Notes: generated by a model from the letters alone, not told the origin. 64,000 bases of DNA from Candidatus Limnocylindrales bacterium (GCA_036556145.1 DATBKB010000013.1:1951-65950), one strand, 5' to 3'; numbered from the stretch's first letter, positions 32,153 through 39,919 are shown. Numbers and translations: made by a program.

Positions 32153-33741
32153 CCGCCGGCCCGCCCGCCGGCGCGCGGCCTCGCCCGATCGTCCTCGTCG
32201 TCCTCGACGGGTTCGGCATCGGCCGGCGCCCCGAGGCGGACGCGACCCGCGCAGCCCGGATGCCCGCGTGGCGCGAGCTCCTCGCGCGGTGGCCGCATGC
32301 GACGCTCGAGGCTTCGGACGGCGCGGTCGGGCTGCCCCCCGGCCAGATGGGCAACTCCGAAGTCGGTCACCTCAACATCGGTGCCGGCCGGCCGGTGCTC
32401 CAGGACCTGCCCCGGATCGACGCAGCGATCGACGACGGCAGCTTCTTCGATCGACGGGCGTTCGTCGATGCGTGCGAGCGGGCGATGCGTGGCGGTCGCC
32501 TCCACGCGATCAGCCTCGTCGGCCCCGGCGGCGTCCATGCGAACGACCGTCACCTGGTCGCGCTGGCCGAGATGGCCCGCCGGCGCGGCGTGCCGCGAGT
32601 CGTCGTGCACGCGCTGCTGGACGGCCGCGACACGCCGCCGCGGTCGGCGCTCGAGTTCGTCGCCGACCTCGAGTCGCGACTGGCCGTGGCGCACCCCGGT
32701 GCGCAGATCGCATCGGTCGGAGGGCGCTACTTCGCGATGGACCGGGACAAGCGATGGGAGCGAATCGAGCGGGGCTACGACGCGATCGTCCACGGGGTGG
32801 GCCTGCACGCCTCGAGCGCCCGCGCGGCGGTCGAGTCCGCGTACGCCCGCGGCGAGAACGACGAGTTCGTCAGCCCGTCGGTCGTCGACGGCGTTGACGG
32901 CATCGTCCGGGACGGAGACCCGATCGTCCACGCGAACTTTCGCGCCGACCGCGCTCGCCAGCTGACGCACGCGCTCGCGGACGAGACGTTCGCGGGGTTC
33001 GATCGCGCGTCCCCCGGTGGTCGCGCCGCGCCGCGCGACCTGTTCGTCGTCACGATGACCGAGTACGAATCCGGGTTGCCGGTCAGCGTCGCCTTTCCGC
33101 CCGAGGTCGTGCGCTCCCTCGCGGAAACCTTCTCCGATGCCGGGTGGCGGCAGTTCCATGTCGCCGAGACCGAGAAGTACGCCCACGTGACGTACTTCCT
33201 CAACGGCGGTCGTGAGGCAGCCTTCCCGAACGAAGAACGGCTGCTCGTCCCGAGCCCGAGGGTCGCGACGTACGACCTGCAGCCGGAGATGAGCGCGCCG
33301 GGCGTGACCGATGCGCTCGTCGCCGCGATCGGCGGCGGCGCCTTCGATTTCATCGTCGCCAACTACGCCAACCCGGACATGGTCGGCCACACCGGCGTGT
33401 GGGCGGCCACGGTCGCCGCGCTCGAGACAGTCGACGGGTGCCTCGCCCGCGTCGTCGCCGCGGTCGATGCGGTCGACGCCGCGGACGTGAGCGGGCCCGG
33501 CGCGATCCTCGTCGTGACCGCCGACCACGGCAACGCCGACGAGATGATCGACGAGTCGGGCGGGCCGGTCACCGCCCACTCGCTCAACCCGGTGCCGATC
33601 GTCATCGCCGGACGCGCCGTCCGGGGCCGGCGCTTGCGCGACGGCGTGCTGGCCGACGTCGCGCCGACGATCCTCGAGCTCGCGGGCCTGGCGCCGTGGC
33701 CGGGAATCACCGGCCGGAGCCTCCTCGGATCCCCGCCCTGA
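32149..33741 (+). CDS. gpmI: 2,3-bisphosphoglycerate-independent phosphoglycerate mutase
   Basis: A GTG at 32149 overlaps the tpiA stop (GTGA). VLDGFG, GNSEVGHLNIGAGR, ANYANPDMVGHTG and VTADHGNAD are present. Confidence 0.95.
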   Translation: MTAGPPAGARPRPIVLVVLDGFGIGRRPEADATRAARMPAWRELLARWPHATLEASDGAVGLPPGQMGNSEVGHLNIGAGRPVLQDLPRIDAAIDDGSFFDRRAFVDACERAMRGGRLHAISLVGPGGVHANDRHLVALAEMARRRGVPRVVVHALLDGRDTPPRSALEFVADLESRLAVAHPGAQIASVGGRYFAMDRDKRWERIERGYDAIVHGVGLHASSARAAVESAYARGENDEFVSPSVVDGVDGIVRDGDPIVHANFRADRARQLTHALADETFAGFDRASPGGRAAPRDLFVVTMTEYESGLPVSVAFPPEVVRSLAETFSDAGWRQFHVAETEKYAHVTYFLNGGREAAFPNEERLLVPSPRVATYDLQPEMSAPGVTDALVAAIGGGAFDFIVANYANPDMVGHTGVWAATVAALETVDGCLARVVAAVDAVDAADVSGPGAILVVTADHGNADEMIDESGGPVTAHSLNPVPIVIAGRAVRGRRLRDGVLADVAPTILELAGLAPWPGITGRSLLGSPP

Positions 33742-33829
33742 GGCTCGTCCGGGGACGGCAGGACGCTCCGGGTCCCTGTGCTACGATCCCTCGCCGTACC
33801 ACCGGACGAAGCCGGAGGAACCCCCTTCC

Positions 33830-34063
33830 GTGAACCCCGCGCTGGCCCTTGGCCAGATCATCGTCAGCATCGCCCTGATCGTCGCGATCCTCCTGCAGGC
33901 CCGCGGCACCGGGCTGTCCGGGACGTTCGGTGGCGACTCCGCCGTCTACCGGAGCCGCCGTGGCGTCGAGCGGCGCCTGTGGCAGTTCACCATCGTCCTG
34001 CTCGTCCTCTTCACGCTCTTCTCGCTCGCCTCGTACGCGTTCGCGCCCTCGACCGGCGGGTGA
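33830..34063 (+). CDS. secG: preprotein translocase subunit SecG
   Basis: 77 aa with two TM segments. IVAILLQARGTGLSGTFGG is the SecG signature. GGAGGA lies upstream. Confidence 0.88.
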   Translation: MNPALALGQIIVSIALIVAILLQARGTGLSGTFGGDSAVYRSRRGVERRLWQFTIVLLVLFTLFSLASYAFAPSTGG

Positions 34064-34097
34064 CGGGGCCGCCTCCGCGGTGACCGCGCCGGCGACG

Positions 34098-35813
34098 ATG
34101 ACCCGCCGCGATCGGGGGGTCGTCGCAGGGCTCGTCCTCGCCTTCGCCCTCATCGTCGGCGGCATCGCCGCACCCGCCTTCGGCCCGGCCGCCCTGCCGA
34201 CGCCCGGCCCGTCGAGCCCCGTCGTCGAGAGGCGGCCGTATCGCGAGGGCGTCCTCGGCGGAGCCGAGTCCGTCAACCCGCTGACCGCACGGACACGTGC
34301 GGACGAGGACCTCGTGGCGCTCGTCTTCAGCGGCCTCGTGGCGCTCGGTCCGGGCGACACGCTCGTTCCCGGCCTTGCGCGTGACTGGGAGGTCGACGAG
34401 GCCGGTCGAACGTGGACCTTCACCATCCGGTCGGATGCGCAATGGCACGACGGCGTGCCGGTGACCGCGGAGGACGTCGCGTTCACCGTCGGGATCCTCC
34501 AGGACCGCCGCTACACGGGACCCGAAGCGGCGTCGTGGCGCGACGTCACCGTCGAGGTCGTCGACACCCGGACCGTGCGATTCACGCTGGCGACGCCGAT
34601 CGGTGGCTTCCTGCAGGCGGCGAGACAACCCATCCTTCCGGCCCACCTGCTGGCCGAGGTTCCGATCGAGCGCCTCGGCGACGACCCGTTCTCGCGGCAG
34701 CCGATCGGGTCGGGGCCGTACCAGCTGGTCCATCTCGACGACGAGCGCGCGGTCCTCGAACCCTACCTGCCCATCCCGCTCGGACCGGAGCCCAGCCCCG
34801 CGTCGCCCGGCGACCCACGCGAGACGCCGGTGCCGGTGCCGGTCGGACCGATGGGTTACCTGCCGGGGATCGAGCTGCACTTCTACGCGGACGTCGCGTC
34901 GCTCGCGGCGGGCTACGAGGCGGGCGACGTCGATGCCGTGACCGGTCTGCCGGTCGACGAGGCCACGCGTGTCGGCGCGCTGCCGGGCAGCCGGCTCCTT
35001 CGCTACCCGACCTCGACCCTCACCGCCGTCATCCTCAACCTTCGCGTCGCCCATCCGGAGTTCCGCGACCCGAGGGTCCGGGCCGCGCTGCTGAAGGGCA
35101 CCGACCGCCGGCGGATCCTGGACGAGGTGTACGACGGTCGGGCCGTCACCGCCGATGTCCCGATACCGCCCGGCTCGTGGGCCTTCGACCCGGAGAGCGG
35201 CGGTCCGACCGGCTACGACCGGGAGGCCGCGACTGCCGGCCTCGCCGCCGCCGACTGGAAGGCCGAGAACGGCTCGTGGCTGGCGCCGGGAGGCGACAAG
35301 CCGGTCACGTTCGACATCCTGAGCCCGGACGTCTCGACGAACGCGACGACGTTCCTGGCCGCCGCATCGGTGACCGCGGACTGGGAGCGGCTGGGCCTTC
35401 GCGTCCGGCATGTGCCGCTCCCGCCGGCCGAGCTGGTGGCCAACCGGCTCCGCACCGGCAACTTCCTCGCTGCGGTCGTCGACGTCAACGTCGGGCTCGA
35501 CCCCGATCTCTACCCGCTGCTGGCGTCGACCCAGACGACCAGCCGCGGCCTGAACATCGCGGGCGTCCAGGATCGCGGCCTCGACCGAGCGCTGGAGGCG
35601 GCCCGGAAGCCCGGCACAATGGACGAGCGAAAGGCGGCCTACAAGGCCCTCGAAAAGCTCCTGGCGGAGCGCCAGTGGCTCATCCCGCTGGCGTTCCGCG
35701 ACGAGGTCGTCGTCGTTCGCGACACCCTCTCCGGACCCGTTCCGAGGCCCATTTCGAACGGCAGTGACCGGTATTGGGACGTGCTAACATGGCGCCTCGC
35801 CGTCGACCGGTAA
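34098..35813 (+). CDS. ABC transporter substrate-binding protein, family 5 (peptide/nickel type); orphan, with no permease or ATPase genes adjacent
   Basis: N-terminal TM/signal segment (VVAGLVLAFALIVGGIAAPAF). LVPGLARDWEVDEAGRTWTFTIRSDAQWHDGVPVTAEDVAFT is typical of SBP family 5. Confidence 0.82.
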   Translation: MTRRDRGVVAGLVLAFALIVGGIAAPAFGPAALPTPGPSSPVVERRPYREGVLGGAESVNPLTARTRADEDLVALVFSGLVALGPGDTLVPGLARDWEVDEAGRTWTFTIRSDAQWHDGVPVTAEDVAFTVGILQDRRYTGPEAASWRDVTVEVVDTRTVRFTLATPIGGFLQAARQPILPAHLLAEVPIERLGDDPFSRQPIGSGPYQLVHLDDERAVLEPYLPIPLGPEPSPASPGDPRETPVPVPVGPMGYLPGIELHFYADVASLAAGYEAGDVDAVTGLPVDEATRVGALPGSRLLRYPTSTLTAVILNLRVAHPEFRDPRVRAALLKGTDRRRILDEVYDGRAVTADVPIPPGSWAFDPESGGPTGYDREAATAGLAAADWKAENGSWLAPGGDKPVTFDILSPDVSTNATTFLAAASVTADWERLGLRVRHVPLPPAELVANRLRTGNFLAAVVDVNVGLDPDLYPLLASTQTTSRGLNIAGVQDRGLDRALEAARKPGTMDERKAAYKALEKLLAERQWLIPLAFRDEVVVVRDTLSGPVPRPISNGSDRYWDVLTWRLAVDR

Positions 35814-35842
35814 GCGTTCGACGTGCCGGTCAGGGTCCGGAC

Positions 35843-35930
35843 GCCGAGGTGGCGGAATCTGGTAGACGCGCTAGCTTCAGGAGCTAGTGCCCGCAAGGGC
35901 GTATGGGTTCAAATCCCTTCCTCGGTACCA
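35843..35930 (+). tRNA. tRNA-Leu (anticodon CAG), CCA encoded
   Basis: 88 nt. Acceptor GCCGAGG/CCTCGGT, anticodon arm CTAGC-TTCAGGA-GCTAG, a long variable arm, T-loop GGTTCAAATCC. Confidence 0.93.
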
Positions 35931-35978
35931 TCCCCCTCGTCCTGACCGGGCGACGACCGACCTGACGGACGGACACCT

Positions 35979-36063
35979 GCCCAGGTGGCGGAATTGGTAT
36001 ACGCGTACGTTTGAGGGGCGTATGAGGCAACTCATCCGGGTTCAAGTCCCGGCCTGGGCACCA
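35979..36063 (+). tRNA. tRNA-Leu (anticodon GAG), CCA encoded
   Basis: 85 nt. Acceptor GCCCAGG/CCTGGGC, anticodon arm TACGT-TTGAGGG-GCGTA, a long variable arm, T-loop GGTTCAAGTCC. Confidence 0.9.
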
Positions 36064-36100
36064 CCCTCTCCACACCGGATGTCTCGAGCCTGATCTCGGG

Positions 36101-36160
36101 CGCGCGCCGTCTTCCCGCGCGCCGACTTCCCGCCCGCCGATGTCCCGCGCGCCGTATTCC
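36101..36160. repeat. 4 x 15-bp tandem repeat (consensus CGCGCGCCGWNTTCC)
   Basis: The units are cgcgcgccgtcttcc, cgcgcgccgacttcc, cgcccgccgatgtcc and cgcgcgccgtattcc, in the spacer between tRNA-Leu and tRNA-Val. Confidence 0.8.
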
Positions 36161-36362
36161 GAGAAGGCTTACGAGCCCGTCTCGTGGACTGGCTACCGCG
36201 CGGGACATGCCTTCGCTGCATGACGCGGTCGTTGGCGGTCCCGACGGCGTCCCGGCGATGCCTTGGGTGCATACGCTCGGCACGGCCGGCGGGCCTCGGT
36301 GCCGACTTCCGGCGGCGTAGGCCTTCCGTGCATACGCCGGCCGTGCCGGCCGTGTCCGGAGC

Positions 36363-36407
36363 GCCGGGAGGGCCGGGAGCGCCGGGACGGCCGGGAGCGC
36401 CGGGAGC
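36363..36407. repeat. 5 x 9-bp tandem repeat (GCCGGGASS)
   Basis: The units are gccgggagg, gccgggagc, gccgggacg, gccgggagc and gccgggagc, about 55 nt upstream of tRNA-Val. Confidence 0.85.
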
Positions 36408-36461
36408 GCCGCGGCGGCCACCCCTGCCCGGGCCAGCCCCTTCCCTGTACGCTCTCGCCTC

Positions 36462-36538
36462 GGGCGGTTAGCTCAGCCGGTCAGAGCGCCTCGCTTACAC
36501 CGAGGAAGTCGGGGGTTCGAGTCCCTCACCGCCCACCA
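36462..36538 (+). tRNA. tRNA-Val (anticodon TAC), CCA encoded
   Basis: 77 nt. GGGCGGTTAGCTCAG..., anticodon arm CCTCG-CTTACAC-CGAGG, T-loop GGTTCGAGTCC. Confidence 0.93.
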
Positions 36539-36565
36539 CCACTCGTTGCCGCGGCGACGCGCTGC

Positions 36566-36571
36566 TAGACT
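36566..36571 (+). promoter_or_regulatory. putative -10 (TGCTAGACT context) for lemA-htpX
   Basis: The gcTGCTAGACTgg context is the same extended motif seen upstream of rpsF. It lies about 60 nt before the lemA ATG, which has a GGGGGAGG Shine-Dalgarno. Confidence 0.4.
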
Positions 36572-36631
36572 GGATTCCGGCTCCGTCACGCGACCTCTTG
36601 TCGTCGCGCCGGCAACTCGAAGGGGGAGGCA

Positions 36632-37201
36632 ATGTCTCCGACCGTCCTGATCATCCTCGGCATCATCGTCGTCGTCGTCATCGGCGTCATCGCGATCTAC
36701 AACGGCCTGATCCAGCGGCGGCTGCGCATCGACGAAGCCTTCGCCCAGATCGAGGTCCAGCTCAAGCGCCGTCATGACTTGATCCCGAACCTCGTGAACG
36801 CGGTCAAGGGCTACATGGGGTTCGAGCAGAAGGTCCTGACCGACGTCACGAACGCTCGCGCCGCGGCCGTCGCCGCGGGCGCGCAGGGACCGGCCCAGCA
36901 GGCCGCCGCCGAGAACATGCTGACGAGCACGCTGCGCTCGCTGTTCGCGGTCGTCGAGAACTACCCCGAGCTCAAGGCGAACCAGAACGTCCTCGAGCTG
37001 CAGGAGCAGCTGACGACGACCGAGAACCAGATCTCGTTCTCGCGCCAGCACTACAACGCCACGGTCCTCGACTACAACACGGCGATCGCGACGTTCCCGA
37101 ACGTCCTCATCGCCGGACCGTTCGGTTTCGGCCGGCGTGAGTTCTTCGACGCCGAGCCCGAGGCGGCCGCCGTCCCGCAGGTTGACCTGCGCCTGAGCTG
37201 A
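36632..37201 (+). CDS. lemA: LemA family membrane protein
   Basis: N-terminal TM segment, then YNGLIQRRLRIDEAFAQIEVQLKRRHDLIPNLV...ENYPELKAN... Confidence 0.9.
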   Translation: MSPTVLIILGIIVVVVIGVIAIYNGLIQRRLRIDEAFAQIEVQLKRRHDLIPNLVNAVKGYMGFEQKVLTDVTNARAAAVAAGAQGPAQQAAAENMLTSTLRSLFAVVENYPELKANQNVLELQEQLTTTENQISFSRQHYNATVLDYNTAIATFPNVLIAGPFGFGRREFFDAEPEAAAVPQVDLRLS

Positions 37202-37235
37202 CCGGCACGACGCCCGCGAGTCGCTGAGGGGCGAC

Positions 37236-38207
37236 GTGGCGGCGACGTTCTACGACCAGATCTCGGCCAACCGGAGGAATTCGATCCTCCTGGCCCTGAT
37301 CGTCGTCGGGCTGCTCGCGGCGCTCGGCTTCTCGATCGGCTACGCGCTGACCGGCGACGCGGCTGGCGCGATCGCGACGACGGCGTTCGCCGTTCTTCTC
37401 GGCTCGGTCATGGCCGCGTTCTCCTACTTCAGCGGCGACAAGCTCGTGCTCGCCGTCTCGGGGGCAAAGGAGGTCGACGAGGTCTCGGCGCCGCAGCTCG
37501 TGAACGTCGTCCGGGAGATGACGCTCGCCGCCAACGTGCCGATGCCGAAGGTCTACCTCATCGACGACTCGGCGCCGAACGCCTTCGCGACCGGCCGCGA
37601 CCCGAAGCACGCCTCGGTCGCCGTCACCACGGGCCTGGTCGACAAGCTCGACCGCGAGGAGCTGCAGGGCGTCATCGGCCACGAGATGTCGCACGTCCGG
37701 AACTTCGACATCCGGTTCTCGCTGCTCGTCGGCGTCCTCGTCGGCTCGATCGCGCTGCTGTCCGACTTCTTCCTGCGCTCGATGTGGTGGGGCGGCGGGC
37801 GGCGGTCGTCCCGCAGCCGCGAGGGCGGTGGCCTCCAGGTCGTGATGCTCGTTGTGGCCCTGATCCTCGCGGTCCTCGCCCCGATCATCGCCCGCTTCGT
37901 CCAGCTCGCCGTGAGCCGCCAGCGCGAGTACCTCGCCGACGCATCGGCGGTCGAGCTGACGCGGAACCCCTATGGGCTCGAGCGGGCCCTGGCGAAGATC
38001 TCCGCCGACCGGGAGGTCCTCGAGGTCGCCAACCGGGCGACGCAGCACCTCTACTTCACGAACCCGATCAAGAAGTTCGAAGACCGCGCCTCGGGCCTGT
38101 TCTCGACCCATCCGCCGATCGTCGAGCGGATCAACCGACTTCGCGACCTGACCGGCGAGAAGCCGCTCGAGCAGGCCGAGGTCATGGCCCTCGCGGAGCT
38201 CGACTAG
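37236..38207 (+). CDS. htpX: M48 family zinc metalloprotease (HtpX-like)
   Basis: HEMSHVRNFD (HExxH), four TM segments, EYLADASAVELT. LemA plus M48 is a common gene pair. Confidence 0.9.
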   Translation: MAATFYDQISANRRNSILLALIVVGLLAALGFSIGYALTGDAAGAIATTAFAVLLGSVMAAFSYFSGDKLVLAVSGAKEVDEVSAPQLVNVVREMTLAANVPMPKVYLIDDSAPNAFATGRDPKHASVAVTTGLVDKLDREELQGVIGHEMSHVRNFDIRFSLLVGVLVGSIALLSDFFLRSMWWGGGRRSSRSREGGGLQVVMLVVALILAVLAPIIARFVQLAVSRQREYLADASAVELTRNPYGLERALAKISADREVLEVANRATQHLYFTNPIKKFEDRASGLFSTHPPIVERINRLRDLTGEKPLEQAEVMALAELD

Positions 38208-38374
38208 GGCGCGGTCCGCCCATCGGTCCCGAGGCGGCTGAACGAGAGAATCACGGCCCGGGACGTGCTCGTTCGGGGCCTCCGGGCACCGGTTCGTTGC
38301 CTTGTAGGGGCTTCGGAACGCGTGGTATCCTCCGGCACGCCGAACGGGCCGCCAGCGCCTGGTTGGCCAATCGG

Positions 38375-38450
38375 GCCGAGATAGCTCAGTTGGTAGAGCA
38401 CGGCACTGAAAATGCCGGTGTCGCCAGTTCGATCCTGGCTCTCGGCACCA
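38375..38450 (+). tRNA. tRNA-Phe (anticodon GAA), CCA encoded
   Basis: 76 nt. GCCGAGATAGCTCAGTTGGTAGAGC, anticodon loop CTGAAAA, T-loop AGTTCGATCCT. Confidence 0.95.
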
Positions 38451-38472
38451 CCACCTCGGTGGTCGCGATCGA

Positions 38473-38548
38473 GCGGAAGTGGCTCAGTTGGTAGAGCATC
38501 ACCTTGCCAAGGTGAGGGTCGCGGGTTCGAGTCCCGTCTTCCGCTCCA
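38473..38548 (+). tRNA. tRNA-Gly (anticodon GCC), CCA encoded
   Basis: 76 nt. GCGGAAGTGGCTCAGTTGGTAGAGC, anticodon arm TCACC-TTGCCAA-GGTGA. Confidence 0.95.
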
Positions 38549-38592
38549 TTTTTCTGTCCGGGAACGGACCGGACGCCGCGAGACCGGACCGC

Positions 38593-38666
38593 TGCCCCTT
38601 CGTCTAGTGGTAGGACAGCGGACTTTGGATCCGTTAGGCGAGGTTCGAATCCTCGAGGGGCAGCCA
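38593..38666 (+). tRNA. tRNA-Gln (anticodon TTG), CCA encoded
   Basis: 74 nt. U1-A72 acceptor TGCCCCT/AGGGGCA, anticodon loop CTTTGGA. Confidence 0.9.
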
Positions 38667-38671
38667 ACCGA

Positions 38672-38747
38672 GGCGACGTACCCAAGTGGTTAAGGGGGAG
38701 GTCTGCAAAACCTCTATTCACCGGTTCGAATCCGGTCGTCGCCTCCA
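38672..38747 (+). tRNA. tRNA-Cys (anticodon GCA), CCA encoded
   Basis: 76 nt. GGCGACG/CGTCGCC acceptor, anticodon loop CTGCAAA, T-loop GGTTCGAATCC. Confidence 0.9.
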
Positions 38748-38865
38748 CACACGAACCCATGAGCCAGGCCCCCGCCGGGATGCCGGACGGGGGCCTGCCG
38801 CTGTCCGGGCACCGCGCGGCGCGGGGTGCGTGGCGAGGCGGACGGGGACTACCCTGTCGGTGGCG

Positions 38866-38952
38866 GCCGAAGTGGCGGAACCGGCAGACGCAGCGGACTT
38901 AAAACCCGCAGCCCGCAAGGGCATGTGAGTTCGAATCTCACCTTCGGCACCA
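38866..38952 (+). tRNA. tRNA-Leu (anticodon TAA, reads UUA), CCA encoded
   Basis: 87 nt. GCCGAAG/CTTCGGC acceptor, anticodon arm GCGGA-CTTAAAA-CCCGC (A31/C39 unpaired), a long variable arm, T arm GTGAG-TTCGAAT-CTCAC. Confidence 0.88.
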
Positions 38953-38968
38953 GCGCCTGGCTTGGGTC

Positions 38969-39379
38969 CTAGGGCACGGGCGGACTGCCAAGCAGGACGA
39001 TGACGAGGCCCAGCAGGAACTGCGCCGCGAAGACCAACGCGATCGCGCCGGCCCATTGCAGGGCCCCGCGGCGGCGCGTGATCGTGCCGCACACCAGGCC
39101 GCCGACGACGATGCCGGCGATCCCCGAGGCCGCTTGGGGAAGTCCGAGGATCACCAGCGCGACCGCGAAGATGACCGACGCGATGAGGCCGAGCCCGACC
39201 CCGGCCGCCCAGCGGGCCATGGATACGGGGGTCGAAGCGGTCGCCGGGGTCGCGTCCGGCGCGGTCTCGCCCCAATCCACCAGCGGCTGAGCCGAGCGAA
39301 CCGGCTGGGGCGGTCGTGCCGGCTGAGTTGCCGCAGCCGGCGGAGACGGTGCCTCGGGCGGCACGCCGGGGTTCGTCAT
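38969..39379 (-). CDS. hypothetical membrane protein (Pro-rich N-terminus, about 3 TM segments)
   Basis: 136-aa track ORF. The ATG is preceded by GGAGG (8-nt spacing), and a TGCTAGGCT -10-like element lies about 30 nt upstream. Confidence 0.65.
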   Translation of the reverse strand: MTNPGVPPEAPSPPAAATQPARPPQPVRSAQPLVDWGETAPDATPATASTPVSMARWAAGVGLGLIASVIFAVALVILGLPQAASGIAGIVVGGLVCGTITRRRGALQWAGAIALVFAAQFLLGLVIVLLGSPPVP

Positions 39380-39467
39380 TCCATCGACCTCCGTGCGGAG
39401 GAGGCCGAGCCTAGCAGCGAGCGAGGAGGGTCGTGTCTTCGGGCCGCCCGTCGGCGGCCAGTGGACG

Positions 39468-39641
39468 CTAGCGGCGCTCGCTCTCGTTCACGCGCGGCGT
39501 GTTCGGGGTCTGGTTGCCGGGCAGCTTGCCGGTGTCGACGCCCTTCCAGCCCTCGCGCCGGAGCTTCGACTCGTCGACGTCGGGCGTGTTCGGCGTCTGG
39601 TTGCCGCGGACCTTGCCGGTGTCGGCCTTCTTCGTGGTCAT
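39468..39641 (-). CDS. small hydrophilic protein (57 aa) with an internal tandem duplication
   Basis: Not in the ORF track (<60 aa). My translation: MTTKKADTGKVRGNQTPNTPDVDESKLRREGWKGVDTGKLPGNQTPNTPRVNESERR. The ATG follows GGGAGG by 5 nt, and nearly all third codon positions are G/C. Confidence 0.7.
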   Translation of the reverse strand: MTTKKADTGKVRGNQTPNTPDVDESKLRREGWKGVDTGKLPGNQTPNTPRVNESERR

Positions 39642-39776
39642 GCTGACCTCCCTGGCGTGGCGTGGCGTGGGGTGGGGAAGTCAGCGTCCGCCGACCCGGG
39701 CTACGGCAGTGGCTCCGTTCGGCCCGGTCCGCCTCTCGGCTGCATGCCAGCCCGTGCAGCGGCGCGAGGCGAGCCC

Positions 39777-39887
39777 TCAGACGTGGGCCGAGGCAACCCC
39801 GGTCAAGGCGATGATCAGGACGATCGCGATCCGGACGGCAACCGCAAGGAGCGCGGCGCGGTCCACGACGAAGCCACGGGGCTTCAT
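39777..39887 (-). CDS. small hydrophobic peptide (36 aa, one predicted TM segment)
   Basis: Not in the ORF track. My translation: MKPRGFVVDRAALLAVAVRIAIVLIIALTGVASAHV. The ATG follows GGAGGG by 5 nt, and 31 of 35 third positions are G/C. Confidence 0.55.
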   Translation of the reverse strand: MKPRGFVVDRAALLAVAVRIAIVLIIALTGVASAHV

Positions 39888-39919
39888 GGCGTCCCTCCGA
39901 CGGTTTCGGCAACCCGGCT

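Noticed and set aside
36184-36471. A 95-aa ORF with a collagen-like GAPG/GRPG stretch between tRNA genes.
   Set aside because: The Gly-x-y look comes from the 9-bp GCCGGGASS tandem repeat. The ORF runs into tRNA-Val and has many A/T-ending codons, unlike real genes here. It has no SD or leaderless-type promoter.
35814-38968. The tRNA-dense region with lemA-htpX, considered as a possible integrated mobile element or genomic island.
   Set aside because: I found no integrase, recombinase, transposase or phage genes, and no direct repeats matching tRNA 3' ends. LemA and HtpX are ordinary housekeeping-type genes with the same codon bias.
39376-39912. A 178-aa minus-strand track ORF covering the small-gene region.
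   Set aside because: The translation is Arg-rich nonsense in a different frame from the two short ORFs. Those short ORFs each have a strong SD and GC3-rich codons.
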